Assembly: GCA_965219685.1 (NCBI GenBank)
Contig: CBDCOH010000002.1
Span: 2,976,001-3,040,000 of the forward strand
Source: Candidatus Spongiisociaceae bacterium
GTDB taxonomy: Bacteria > Actinomycetota > Acidimicrobiia > Spongiisociales > Spongiisociaceae
Length of the DNA stretch: 64,000 bases
Direction of reading: 5' to 3'
The notes under the pieces are model-generated. The model saw nothing but the letters and a program-made list of their open reading frames with translations. It was not told the origin of the DNA and did no database searches. Below are positions 38,701 to 44,390 of this stretch, piece after piece. The stretch's first letter is position 1. Each line of letters begins with the position of its first letter. A program made the position numbers and the translations under genes.

Positions 38701-40438
38701 CGGTAACCGTCAGAGACGCCTCACGCGTGACTTCACCCCCATAGGGATCACTCGCCGTATAGAAGACCTTCGACGCGCCCTGATTCAACAGATTCGCCGT
38801 CAACACAGAAGACCCCGCAGCACCCGAGAGACTCACCCCCACCAGAGCAGCATGCTCCGCAGACGCCGAATACGTCAACGCGTCACCCTCGGGATCCGAG
38901 AAAAACGGCCCACTCCCGAGAGGCGCCTGCTCGTGCCAAGCAAACTTCCCGCCCATCCCCAACGTGCCACCAAGAAAGGACACACCCGAAGCAACAGGAG
39001 GCCTGTTAGCCATACCCTCGCCGGTATCCGACCACGGACCATCGCCCTCGTCGGCAACCACGCGTACCTGCACCTCGTAGGTCGCCCCCGCCTCCAGGTC
39101 GGGCAGGTTCAAACTGGTGGCTGTGGCAGACAGCGACCCCGTATAAGCCGTCCACTCAGCCGGATCCTCACCCTCCGCCGCCTTCTTCCGGTACTGCGCC
39201 TCATGCCCGGTGATTGTCACGCCTTCGGTGTCGACGGCCGTCCAAGACACGTCCAGGGCTGGGTCCGTCGGCTCGTCAAAGGTGGTGCGTTCAACGCGAA
39301 GGCCGTCGGGTGTCGGGATGGTCGTTTGCGCAGCCGTCCCCAAAATGGCAATAGTGAATGAAACGCCGACCTGGGTTCCGTCAGAGTCTGTGGCGGTGTA
39401 AGTCATGGCGTGGTCGCCGGCCTCGGCCGGAGTGCCCGTAAGCGAGCGGCCGGCCGAGTCGAAGGACAGTCCCTCGGGAAGGGTCGGCGCCAGGCCGTAT
39501 GTGAAGCCGCCGGCGCCGCCCGCAGCCTCGGGCAGCGTTACCGTGCCGATGTCCTCATCCTGGGTGAAGGTGTATCGGCTGGCAGCTGCCGGGAAGTAGG
39601 GCGGAACCTCCACCTCGGGCGCCGGCTCCACTGCAAACCGCAGAGAGGCGGGAGACCCGCAACCGGCGTCGTTGCACGCCTCTACCCGCACCACCCACAT
39701 GCCGTCGCCATCCACGGTGATCTCCGCACCGGAGGACTGCACTTCCACACCGTCGTTCAACTTGTTGCCGGAGCCGGCCACTCGCCAACGCACCCGGTAA
39801 GAGCTCGCACCCTCGACGTCGTCCCAGTCCACCGACACGTCCAGCGAGCCGACAGCAGTACCAACCGTCAACCCCGCAGGCTTAGCGGGGGGTTCCGGAG
39901 CCGTTGCCGGCTCGGGCTCCGACCGTGGCGCCGGGGAAGGCTCAGGCACCGGTTCTGGCGTCGGCTCAGGCGCCGGAGTTGGTGTTGGCTCAGGCGCCGG
40001 TTCCACCGCAAACCGCAGAGCGGCGGGAGACCCGCAGCCGGCGTCGTTGCAGGCCTGTACACGCGCCACCCACTCGCCGTAGTCGGCCACGGTGATCTCC
40101 GCGTCGGAAGACTGCGTCTCCACACCCTCGTTCAACGAGTTACCAGGGCCGGCCACCCGCCAGCGCACCAGGTAAGAGCTTGCACCCTCGACGTCGTCCC
40201 AGTCCACCGACACGTCCAGCGAGCCGACAGCAGTACCAACCGTCAACCCCGCAGGCTTAGCGGGGGGTTCCGGAGCGGTTGCCAGCTCGGCCGGAGGCTC
40301 CACACCGCCGTCCGCGCCCTTCGGACCGTCCCCTGCCGACGTCACGGGCAGGGCCGGCACCGGCATGGTCGCGATGAGGACCAAGGCAAGGCACACCGCA
40401 AGGAGACGATTGGGGCCGCGGAGTCTGGAGAGTTTCAT
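17780..40438 (-). CDS. Giant (7552 aa) surface adhesin/S-layer-associated protein: FN3, Ig-like, cadherin-like, Calx-beta repeats and SLH domains
   Basis: One uninterrupted 22.6-kb ORF with signal peptide; FN3 (V.W...Y.V.VRA), Calx-beta (GTAT.GTDY...DD.VEGDET), SLH (FVDV...GIT.G...VTRGQMALF) motifs. Confidence 0.92.
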   Translation of the reverse strand: MKLSRLRGPNRLLAVCLALVLIATMPVPALPVTSAGDGPKGADGGVEPPAELATAPEPPAKPAGLTVGTAVGSLDVSVDWDDVEGASSYLVRWRVAGPGNSLNEGVETQSSDAEITVADYGEWVARVQACNDAGCGSPAALRFAVEPAPEPTPTPAPEPTPEPVPEPSPAPRSEPEPATAPEPPAKPAGLTVGTAVGSLDVSVDWDDVEGASSYRVRWRVAGSGNKLNDGVEVQSSGAEITVDGDGMWVVRVEACNDAGCGSPASLRFAVEPAPEVEVPPYFPAAASRYTFTQDEDIGTVTLPEAAGGAGGFTYGLAPTLPEGLSFDSAGRSLTGTPAEAGDHAMTYTATDSDGTQVGVSFTIAILGTAAQTTIPTPDGLRVERTTFDEPTDPALDVSWTAVDTEGVTITGHEAQYRKKAAEGEDPAEWTAYTGSLSATATSLNLPDLEAGATYEVQVRVVADEGDGPWSDTGEGMANRPPVASGVSFLGGTLGMGGKFAWHEQAPLGSGPFFSDPEGDALTYSASAEHAALVGVSLSGAAGSSVLTANLLNQGASKVFYTASDPYGGEVTREASLTVTAKTGRDILEGSPAGTAVGAPVTGTPYNNVALAYTLEGKAKDSGLFVIDSASGQISVAEGAVFDYDAADGDYRETETWNGQVIAKFYRGEVHYTVDGHASVINVIIRVQEREFGKPGTPTLSRTEFSEPTDPALDVSWSAADDNGLVITGYEARYRKKAAAWTDYTGALSATASSLNLPGLEAGATYEVEVRAVGRKSGAPDITLSVNPASFGENALSDQITVTATRQGSSGAVTVDLALLDGTATSGTDYSVWTLPDITIADGSTSGSADLTFTAVRDTDVEGSESIIVSGTADTGASVGNAIITIIDDEQPGPVITGVKTGPWSDTGEGMANRPPVASGVSFLGGTLGMGGKFAWHEQAPLGSGPFFSDPEGDALTYSASAEHAALVGVSLSGAAGSSVLTANLLNQGASKVFYTASDPYGGEVTREASLTVTAKTSRDILEGSPAGTAVGAPVAGTPYNGVALSYTLEGKAKDSGLFVIDSGTGQISVAEGAVLDYDAADGDYRETETHNGQVIAKFYRGEVHYTVDSHDSVINVLIRVNERKPGKPGAPSLSRTEFSEPTDPALDATWTAADDNGLVITGYEAQYRKKAAQGETPAEWTAYTGALSATASSLNLPGLDAGATYEVQVRARARKSSTPDITLSVNPVSLAEPTTSGSVTVTATRQGTSGAVTVDLAVPGGTATDGTDSTALTLPDITIPDGSTSGTADLTFTIWNDELVEGSESIILSGTADTGATVGNAIITILDDEQPGPVITGVKTGPWSDTGQGMANRPPVASGVSFLGGTLGMGGKFAWHEQAPLGTGPFFSDPDEDTLTYSASAEHAALVGVSLSGAAGSSVLTANLLNQGASKVSYVASDAYGGQVTRSASLTVTAKTSRDILEGSPAGTAVGDPVTGTPYNNVALSYTLKGKAKDSGLFVIDSGTGQISVAEGAVLDYYTDDTHREIEMWRGEVFSKFYRGEVHYTVDGHDSVINVLILVNERKFGKPGAPSLSRTEFSEPSDPALDVSWTAADDNGLTITGYEAQYRKKAAQGETPAEWTDFTGALSATASSLNLPGLDAGATYEVQVRAVGRKSGTPDITLSVNPVSLAEPTASGSVTVTATRQGTSGDVTVDLALSGGTATSGTDYTVQALPDITIADGSTSGSATLTFTISDDTDVEGSESIIVSGTATGATVGDAIITIIDDERAGPVITGVRTGPWSDVGEGTANSPPVASGVDFLGGTLGMGGSFAWHEAAPLGAGAFFSDPDDDALTYSASAEHAALVGVSLSGAAGSAVLTASLLNQGASKVSYVASDAYGGQVTRTASLTVTGKTSREILEGSPAGTAVGAPVTGTPYNGVALSYVLKGKAKDSGLFVIDAASGQISVAEGAVLDYHAEDGDYRETETYNGQVIAKFYRGEVHYTVDGHDSVINVLIKVKERKFGKPDAPTLSRTEFSEPTDPALDATWTAADDNGLVITGYEARYRKKAAQGESAAAWTDYTRALSATASSLNLPGLEGGATYEAQVRAVGRTSGTPDITLSVNPVSLAEPTTAGSVTVTATRQGTSGAVTVDLALSDGTATDGTDYTAQTLPDITIADGSTSGTANLTFTISDDTDVEGSESIIVSGTATGATVGDAIVTIIDDERVGPVITGVRTGPWSDTGEGTANRPPVASGVFFGGGTAGMGGSFAWHEQAPLGSGAFFSDADGDALTYSASAEHAALVGVSLSGAAGSSVLTADLLNQGASKVSYTASDGYGGQVTRTASITVTAKTVRDILEGSPAGTAVGAPVTGTPYNGVALSYVLKGKAKDSGLFVIDSASGQISVAEGAVLDYDTDDTHREIETYNGEVFAKFYRGEVHYTVDGHDSVINVLIRVQERKFGKPGAPTLTRTEFSEPSDPALDAAWTAADDNGLVITGYEAQYRKKAAQGENAAGWTDYTGALSATATSLNLPGLEAGATYEVQVRARGRTAVTPDISLSVNPASFAESATSEGITVTATRQGSSGAVTVDLALSGGTATSTIDYSVSTLPDITIADGNTSGSATLTFTGMDDALAEGSESIIVTGTATGATVGRAIITIIDDERAGPVITGVRAGPWSDVGEGMANRPPVASSVSFLGGTLGTGGSFTWSETGSGAFFSDPEGDALTYSASAERPALVGVTLSGTAGSAVLTANLLNQGASEVSYVAGDAYGGQVTRTASITVTAKTSRDVLDGSPAGTAVGTPVTGTPYNGVALSYTLKGKAKDSGLFVIDSGTGQISVAEGAVLDYHTDDTHRETETYNGEVIAKFYRGEVHYTVDGHASVINVLIRVNERELGKPGEPSLTRTEFSEPTDPALDATWTAADDNGLVITGYEAQYRKKAAQGEDPPAWTAYTGALSATATSLNLPGLEAGATYEAQVRAVGRISGTPDIALSVNPVSLAEPTTSGSVTVTATRQGSSGAVTVDLALSGGTATSGTDYSVGTLPDITIADGSTSGSATLTFTISDDQLVEGSESIIVTGTATGVSVGDAIITIIDDERAGPVITGVRTGPWSDVGEGTANRAPAASSVSFGGGSLGMGGSFAWHETAPLGSGAFFSDPDGDALTYSASAERPALVRVSLSGAAGSAVLTANLLNQGASKVLYVASDAYGGQVTRTASLTVTAKTSREITEGSPAGTAVGDPVTGTPYNNVALSYTLKGKAKDSGLFVIDSGTGQISVAEGAVFDYDAEDGDYRETETHNGQVIAKFYRGEVHYTVNGHASVINVIIKLIENSPPVITDPGDKSYVQGTSITAFDIEVSDVDGDTVTVTVTGLPDGLSYDATTKKVSGTVARSATVKDYTATISADDGTNTAVTETFTVTVTSAPTGVTLSAVPSSLGEDDGETSVTVTATFAGGTLPGSTVVTIGTLSGSATKDTDYTVGTSLGSITISANSASGSGIMKITPTDDQVVEGDETITIPGSTTTAVGLSVASASVTLTDDDKTTTETPDDKDSAVLSISGPASAVAEGSDASFTVTLSAAIAAQVEVAWSAPKAADAAVGSDLSATSGTVTFAAGSAAGATQTITITATDDNLSETSEGFTVTLGTITSTLSEVSLKSGASSATATISESDPITINITGPSSVDEGDATGNYTVSLSPSGVTPTADLTVSYGTANGTATAGTDYTAKSGTLTFTSTAAGSQTFSVQTTEDVVDEGTGETFTVSISSPSGGGGPAPSLATSVTVTTTITDDDDAPSGITLSAVPSSLGEDDGETSVTVTATLNGSTLPSPTTVTIGTLSGGATKGTDYTVGTALASITIPANTASGSGIMKITPTDDAVVEGDETITIPGSTSNEVGLSVTSASVTLTDDDKTTTETPDDKDSAVLSISGPGSPVAEGSDASFTVTLSKSVAAEVKVAWSAPLGTDSAEGADLSATSGTVTFAAGSAAGATQTITITATDDALSETAETLTVTLGTITSTLSSQLGLKNGASSATATISASDPITVNISGPSSVDEGGATTNYTVSLSPAGVTPTSDLTVSYGTAAGTATSGTDFTAKSGTLTFTQTAAGSQTFTVQTTEDNVDEGTGETFTVSISSPSGGGGPTPSLNTSATVTTTITDDDDASGITLSASPSSLGEDDGETSVTVTATLNGSTLPGSTTVTIGTVSGSATKDTDYTVGTSLASITIPANTASGTGTMKITPTDDAVVEGDESITIPGSTSTEVGLSVTSATVTLTDDDKTTTGTPDDKDSAVLSISGPSAAVAEGSEASFTVTLSKSVAAEVKVAWSAPLGTDAAEGSDLSATSGTVTFAANSAAGATKTITITAIDDKLSETAETFTVTLGTITSTLSSQLSLASSAKAATATISASDPITVSISGPSAVDEGDATTNYTVSLSPAGVTPTSDLTVSYGTAAGTATSGTDFTAKSGTLTFTSTAAGSQTFSVQTTEDDVDEGTGETFTVSISSPSGGGGPAPSLGTSASVTTTITDDDDVSGITLSAVPSSLGEDDGETSVTVTATLAGATLPGSTTVTIGTLSGGATKGTDYTATTLSTITIPATSSSGTGTLKITPTDDAVVEGDETITIPGSTTTAVGLSVTSATVTLTDDDKTTTETPDDKDSAVLSISGPASAVAEGSDASFTVTLSKSVAAEVKVGWSAPLSTDGAEGSDLSATSGTVTFAANSSAGATKTITITATDDKLSETAEGFTVTLGTITSTLSSQVGLKNGASSATATISASDPITVNIIGPSSVDEGDATTNYTVSLSPSGVTPTADLTVSYGTADGTAVAGTDYTAKSGTLTFTQTAAGSQTFTVQTTEDNVDEGTGETFTVSISSPSGGGGPTPSLNTSATVTTTITDDDDASGITLSAVPSSLGEDDGETSVTVTATLNGSVLPGSTTVTIGTLSGGATRDTDYTVGTSLASITIPANTASGTGIMKITPTDDAVVEGDETITIPGSTTTAVGLSVTSATVTLTDDDKTTTGTPDDKDSAVLSISGPASAVAEGSGASFTVTLSKSVAAQVQVGWSAPLNTDSAVGSDLSATSGTVTFAANSAAGATQTITITATDDKLSETAETFTVTLGTITSTLSSQISLASSAKAAAATISASDPITVNISGPSAVDEGDATTNYTVSLSPSGVTPTADLTVSYGTAGGTATSGTDFTAKSGTLTFTQTAAGSQTFAVQTTEDDVDEGTGETFTVSISSPSGGGGPAPSLATSASVTTTISDDDDVSGITLSASPSSLGEDDGETSVTVTATLAGGTLPGSTVVTIGTLSGGATKDTDYTVGTSLASITIPATSSSGTGTLVITPTDDAVVEGDESITIPGSTTTAVGLSVASASVTLTDDDKTTTETPDDKDSAVLSISGPASAVAEGSDASFTVTLSKSVAAKVQLAWSAPLAADAAVAADLSATSGTVTFAANSAAGATQTITIGASDDKLSETSEGFTVTLGTITSTLSSQVGLKNGASSATATISASDPITVNISGPSSVDEGDATTNYTVSLSPSGVIPTADLTVSYGTANGTATAGTDFTAKSGTLTFTSTAAGSQTFSVQTTEDDVDEGTGETFTVSISSPSGGGGPAPSLNTSATVTTTISDDDDASGITLSASPSSLGEDDGETSVTVTATLAGGTLPGSTTVTIGTLSGSATKGTDYSVGTSLASITIPANTASGTGTLVITPTDDAVVEGDETITIPGSTTTAVGLSVASASVTLTDDDKTTTEAPDDKDSAVLSISGPASAVAEGSDASFTVTLSAAIAAKVDVAWSAPLSTDAAEGSDLSATSGTVTFAAGSAAGATQTITITATDDKLSETAETFTVTLGTITSTLSEVSLKSGASSATATISASDAITVNISGPSTVDEGDATGNYTVSLSPSGVTPTSDLTVNYATANGTATAGTDYTAKSGTLTFTSAAAGSQTFKVQTTEDVVDEGTGETFTVSISSPSGGGGPAPSLAKSPTVTTTITDDDDAPSGVTLSAVPSSLGEDDAETSLTVTAKLNGSTLPGSTTVTIGTLSGSATKDTDYTVGTSLASITIPATTASWSGTMKITPTDDTVVEGDETITIPGSTTTAVGLSVTSATVTLTDSRKAPLGNPNDEPPAGSPGDTDGAVLSISGPASAVAEGSDASFTVTLSAAVAAEVKVAWSAPLAADAAVAADLSATSGTVTFAANSAAGATKTIKITATDDKLSETSEGFTVTLGTITSTLSSQISLKSGASSATATISASDAITVNISGPSSVDEGDSTTSYTVSLSPTGVTPTADLTVSYGTANGTATAGTDYTAKSGTLTFTSTAAGSQTFKVQTTEDDVDEGTGETFTVSISSPSGGGGPTPSLNTSASVTTTITDDDDAPSGITLSAVPSSLGEDDGETSVTVTATLNGSTLPGSTVVTIGTLSGGATKDTDYTVGTSLASITIPATSSSGTGTLVITPTDDAVVEGDESITIPGSTTTEVGLSVASASVTLTDDDKTTTGTPDDKDSAVLSISGPSAAVAEGSDAEFVVTLSKSVAAEVSVGWSAPLGTDAAEGSDLSATSGTVTFAANSAAGATETITITATDDRLSETSEGFTVTLGTITSTLSSQISLRSGATSATATISESDPITVSLSGSSSVTEGDSSSYTITLTPQGVIPTADLLVDYTTADGTASAGEDYVAKSGTLTFTRTDAAAKTVTITTIADAVEEGDETFSLTITNPRGGGGPPPAVNTTVTTNIRERPDPTEPATPTPESGTVPEVADVDPTPDYTPTFDACVNAASEPWGFVDVPAEHPNADDIHCIAYYGITIGTGDGSTYSPSGFVPRWQVALFLTRMARRVGIEVPATPDIGFTDIGDLAYGTQASIKQLMALGITRGTTPTTYAPHDVVTRGQMALFIARLMNLVTPLTDGDPAMDDTTFYGYTPSLVAKNEEVKVRDEHGLDVAPEIKSPYTDVGSIGGDMYSAITQLYELGVVTGLTSTTFGSSDLITRASTAEFLAGALAHSNVRPAGLSIQADNTADYGEYVATMLISVRDDEFGPVTDGLVDIFQNNCADICGEDAHFITSGTRAGRCNGRQTVGDCVWGTDDHKTDRNGNIHFEARIGATPAVEGTTSRTHTVYAWIGSEPGDVFDLDDDDYVSAAASWIPVRDSVAVTTSISSDSADGMDRTTTGAPTDSGKLVHLGSTRSVVVTGQLTDSGGGAVKQGGVGIRVSWTRYVFDRGPDGADAGDSFVITYENIHEATRTTSDDGTVTFTVSAPKDVESAADQDVVDMVMFTVDADGKTDGTANTMGTITFNWVEDTPVYQKTAISATEYVLVDGDGDGDDADISVSARLLDQYGEGIRLDDNGNAYRITLALDGNGSEHFTDIDPDTPGVQTISDVVKTPSIRSGSSSRGMAAASFSVNDIARTTHSLDIAYRIARAQVDSEGLLVDGDPHTDGVQIIYQSLTGATASGTTAATNVYVAATDGDGDDRKITVHQTFGGNLADEIPATHFATEGNGADHGVLYAMDDNDTYINNGESAPPCVAFRPQAGDVVRVVVYSRDKDGASIYDITPHRQLGVTPL
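20270..30220 (-). repeat. Nine tandem units of ~1107 bp, each three Calx-beta domains
   Basis: Equivalent shadow-ORF starts at 21186, 22323, 23430, 24537, 25644, 26748, 27855, 28962, 30069. Confidence 0.85.
30510..39320 (-). repeat. Seven tandem units of ~1.31 kb (FN3 [+Calx-beta insert], Ig-like, cadherin-like)
   Basis: Seven GPWSD.G.G.AN motifs; equivalent positions at 31182, 33801, 35118. Confidence 0.85.
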
Positions 40439-41034
40439 CGTCGGGGTGCCAGCCTAGAGTGAAAGTGAACAAAATGTAAAGTGCAAACGCAAAAGATATG
40501 GGGATAATTCTATGTACAACCCAAATACTGGGAGTCATTCTCTTTTCCAAGAGCAACGGCTGGGGAGCTTCCCCGCCTCTGTCTCACCAAGCCGCGTCGG
40601 ACAGGTGTTCGGGTGAGCAGGATGGGAACGGGGGTTCGGAGCTATAGCATTGGCCAGGGATGAGTGATACAGCGCCGGGCAGTGGCGTAGATTGCCGTTA
40701 CATCGTGTGTTCGATGTTACTATCTACGATTAATAGTAGATAGTAACCAGCTATAAGCCTATGTCAGTTGATAATAAAGGATAGAGTGTAGTTCCGTTCC
40801 AGGTCGCGGTGTCCAAGTTCCCCATCCGGCAAGGGGGCCTTCCTGGATGAGAAGACTGGGGGACGGCGGACCCGTTTACCAGAAGACACAGATGTAAACG
40901 ACTAGCCACAATGACCGTGCATTGTTGTGCACCCATAGCCATGTGATCGCCTGCGGTCGGATGGCTTAGCTGCTCATCTGGCTCTGGCTCATGACCCGAC
41001 GGTCTCTGCAACATCGAGGATGCAACGGAATGGC

Positions 41035-41078
41035 GGTGGGCCCGGAGGGAATCGAACCCTCGACCTTCGGATTAAAAG
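41035..41078 (-). tRNA. 3' half of tRNA-Lys(UUU); attachment-site remnant, not a complete tRNA
   Basis: Minus strand cttttaa tccgaaggtc gaggg ttcgatt ccctc cgggccc acc: anticodon loop, T-arm and acceptor 3' strand. No D-arm or 5' acceptor strand upstream. Confidence 0.8.
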
Positions 41079-41459
41079 ACCGCGTAAACGCCCAGGTAGG
41101 CACCTCATTCGTAGGATACGTCCCACCACTGATCCCACAGCACACACGATATGGCGTTCTTAGACCCTCCTAGGAGGTTATCAGGTAGGCAGTAGCCTTC
41201 GGAGAGAAGTCAGACCGAGGGAGGGCTGCCGGCGACCGAGTCTTGGTACTACCACGGGCTGCCCTATTCACGCGTACTCGCACATCGTCCGGCAAAGTCC
41301 CAGGCGACGCAGAAGCCGGAGCCGCCCTCTATCGCTCTGGTTTCGGAAGCGATGTGTGGGCGGGGTCCTTCGGACAGATCTGCTTGGCGGAACTCAAGCG
41401 ACCCCCGAGATTGCGCCCTGCTCGCCAAGCGGGATTCGGCTGGTAGCCACAAGAATACG

Positions 41460-41560
41460 GTCGCGGGGACAGAGACCTTCGGCGACGCCGTAGCCGCCGC
41501 AGCCATGGTCGAGCACTTGGTTCACCAAGCCCACGCCATCGTCTTCAAAGGCAAAGGGGC
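41460..41560 (+). pseudogene. istB: IS21 IstB ATPase C-terminal remnant
   Basis: ETFGDAVAAAAMVEHLVHQAHAIVFKG resembles IstB WG..FGD...A.A..DRLVHH.....KG. Confidence 0.55.
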
Positions 41561-42086
41561 CCATCGGACTCAGATGCTTCTATGTTCCAGTGGTCGCGAC
41601 TGGGGATTTTCAGTGATCGCCGTCACCGCATCACAGGCCTCGCCCCGTGTCCGCCCCGAGAGTGCTGCGTAACACAGCGGAGGAGGTGTCCGTAGCCGGA
41701 ACCCGCGAAAGCCCAGCTAGGCCCTGTGCTGACCACCGACAGAGTAGGTGAAGTCCCACTCCTAATATCACCTTGCGGGTGTGCGCACTCCGCTGCTGGC
41801 CTCCGGGAGCCTGGAGACCGCGCCCGGAGCGGAACGTTGGGGTGTTCAGGAGTTCAAGAGTCGAGGGTAGCCGCGTATCTTCACCGGCGAAGAGTCAGAG
41901 GAGAAGTCGTAGCGATCTTCTGAGGGACTGACGTTGGACGCCGGTCCGGTGAGCCTCGACTCGAGTTCCGTTGGGTTGCGATGGTCCATGACTCCTGGCA
42001 TTCCGGCTTCTCCTGAACGGGTTTCATCGACACGGGGTTGGGAGTTGGGCTACTGTGGCGGACGTGTTGCCGGTCAGGGAAGGCTG

Positions 42087-44390
42087 ATGGACCGCAGTCG
42101 TGTAGCGCTAATGGGTCTGCTGGTTGCCGTGTCTCTGGGTTGGGTGAGTGGCGTCGCAGCGTCGCCGGGGGAAGGGTTTTCTGACAGTGCTGGGAGTGTC
42201 CACCGTCCCGGGATCGACGCCTTGGGCGATCTGGATGTGTTCGAGGGCACGGAGTGTGGCGAAGGATTGTTCTGTCCCCAGGATTCGATCCATCGCTGGG
42301 TGATAGCCGTGTGGCTGGTGCGGGTACTGGACGAGGTACCTGTCGTAGCGTCGGGCGGTTCCCGGTTCGCTGATGTGGATCCGGAACGGTGGTGGGCGCC
42401 ATATGTAGAGCGGCTTGCCGAACTCGGTGTCACCCAGGGCTGCGCAACTGAACCTCTTCGCTTCTGCCCGGACCAGGCAGTAACCAGGGCACAGATGGCA
42501 ACCTTTCTAGTCGGAGCGTTCGGACTGGAAGAGGCCCACGCAGCGGGGTTTGCGGACACATCGGGCAATATCCACGAGTCGAGCATCGACGCCTTGGCAG
42601 CAGCGGGGATCACAGCCGGCTGCGCTACCGGTCCGCCCCGGTTCTGCCCCAACCAGCCCGTCACGCGAGGCCAGATGGCTACTTTCCTCGCTCGGGCCAC
42701 CGGGCTCGTCGAGGTGCCCGACCCGGCTGCTGAACCGTCGGGGAAGTTTGCAGCGGTTGCTTCGGGTTACCACCACACGTGTGGGCTTCGTGTAGAGGGA
42801 ACCATCGCATGTTGGGGTACGAACTGGTTCGAGGATGTGGTGTCACCCGAAGGCTTGTACACCGCGGTTACGGTCGGTCGCAATCACTCGTGTGGACTGG
42901 GTGTCGACCATACGGTGACCTGTTGGACCGGCTACCGGTCGAGTAGCGGCGTACCTGATGGGGAGTTCACCACCATTTCGACCTCTGCCGGAGGCTTCCA
43001 TTCGTGCGGCCTGCGCAAAGACCAGACGGTTGCATGTTGGGGTTCTAACGGTGAGGGACAGACAGACTCACCTGAGGGGCAGTTCATGGCGGTCACCGCC
43101 GGTGAGAGGCACTCGTGCGCGCTACGCACGGACGGGACCGCCACATGCTGGGGCTGGGACAAGGCCGGGGCTACCAACCCACCGGGGGGTGTGTTCACTT
43201 CGATCTCGTCGGGTGGGAGCATCGACGGTGGTCACACCTGCGCGCTGAAGCCCGACCAAACCGCGGTCTGTTGGGGTAACAACTCGAAGGGGCACGGGTT
43301 CGTCTCCGGGCAAACAGATGCACCCAGAGGCAAGTTCATCAGCGTCACGGCGGGCTACGACCACACATGCGGGATCCGCCCCGACCGCTCCCTGACCTGC
43401 TGGGGCAACAACCCCTACGGTGGCACCGACGCCCCCGCCGGAGAGTTCACAGCGGTGTCGCCCGGGTTCTGGTACACATGCGGGTTGCGAACCGACGAGA
43501 CCATCACCTGCTGGGGACATGACCATCTGAGGGCGACCGCTCCCCCGGACACCGACGAACAGTTCACCGCTGTCGAAGTCAGTTCGGGATGGAACGGCGA
43601 CCACGCCTGTGCCCTAAAGACCGATCAGACGATCGTCTGCTGGGGCGCCGACACGGTCCGGAGGGAGAACCCACCCGCAGGGAAGTTCACCTCCCTCAGC
43701 AGCGGCCAACTACATACATGCGGAATCCGTACCGATGGCACCGTCACCTGCTGGGGTGGCTGGGGTCGCGTTACGACATGCATCATCTATTCCGATCGAA
43801 GCGACTGCCGGACCTATTGGGAACACGAACCACCGAAGGAACAATTCAGCGCTGTCAGCAGCGGCTACTCGTACTCGTGCGGCCTCCGCACCGATGGGAC
43901 CGTCGCCTGCTGGGGAACAACCGGGCGCGGGTCTCCCACATCCGACATACCCGCCGAGACCTTTCCCATCTCCAGCGGACATGGACACTCCTGCGGGATT
44001 CGAGCCGACCAGACCGTCACCTGCTGGGGCACCATCGACGAGAAGGCACCCGAAGCACCCGACGGCAAGTTCGCCTCGATCTCTAGCGGTTGGCGATACT
44101 CGTGCGGGGTCCGCACCGACCAAACCGTCACCTGCTGGGGCAACCATCGACAAACCGAAAGACTCGACGGAGCCTTCACCGCGGTGGCCGCCGCGGGAGA
44201 ATACCCATGCGGGATCCGTACCGACGGAACCGTCACGTGCGACCACTGGCGCTTCAATGCGCCCGAAGGGACCTACACAGCAATCTCGGGCGGCTACGCC
44301 CAATTCTGCGGCATCCGTATCGACGGAACCATCAACTGCTGGGGCCGGGTCCCGGTACCGCCCCCCGACGGTGTCAACTGGATTACCTAA
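42087..44390 (+). CDS. SLH-domain and RCC1-like repeat surface protein
   Basis: Signal peptide; three SLH motifs (FCPDQAVTRAQMATFL); many F..VS.G..HSCG.RTD.TV.CWG repeats. ATG at 42087 preferred. Confidence 0.85.
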   Translation: MDRSRVALMGLLVAVSLGWVSGVAASPGEGFSDSAGSVHRPGIDALGDLDVFEGTECGEGLFCPQDSIHRWVIAVWLVRVLDEVPVVASGGSRFADVDPERWWAPYVERLAELGVTQGCATEPLRFCPDQAVTRAQMATFLVGAFGLEEAHAAGFADTSGNIHESSIDALAAAGITAGCATGPPRFCPNQPVTRGQMATFLARATGLVEVPDPAAEPSGKFAAVASGYHHTCGLRVEGTIACWGTNWFEDVVSPEGLYTAVTVGRNHSCGLGVDHTVTCWTGYRSSSGVPDGEFTTISTSAGGFHSCGLRKDQTVACWGSNGEGQTDSPEGQFMAVTAGERHSCALRTDGTATCWGWDKAGATNPPGGVFTSISSGGSIDGGHTCALKPDQTAVCWGNNSKGHGFVSGQTDAPRGKFISVTAGYDHTCGIRPDRSLTCWGNNPYGGTDAPAGEFTAVSPGFWYTCGLRTDETITCWGHDHLRATAPPDTDEQFTAVEVSSGWNGDHACALKTDQTIVCWGADTVRRENPPAGKFTSLSSGQLHTCGIRTDGTVTCWGGWGRVTTCIIYSDRSDCRTYWEHEPPKEQFSAVSSGYSYSCGLRTDGTVACWGTTGRGSPTSDIPAETFPISSGHGHSCGIRADQTVTCWGTIDEKAPEAPDGKFASISSGWRYSCGVRTDQTVTCWGNHRQTERLDGAFTAVAAAGEYPCGIRTDGTVTCDHWRFNAPEGTYTAISGGYAQFCGIRIDGTINCWGRVPVPPPDGVNWIT

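Noticed and set aside
20589-39600. Many long plus-strand ORFs within the giant gene
   Set aside because: Antisense shadows of a repetitive GC-rich coding sequence; they recur with the repeat period and have no independent motifs.
41030-41110. Complete tRNA-Lys gene
   Set aside because: No 5' acceptor strand or D-arm, and the anticodon stem is mismatched; treated as an att remnant.
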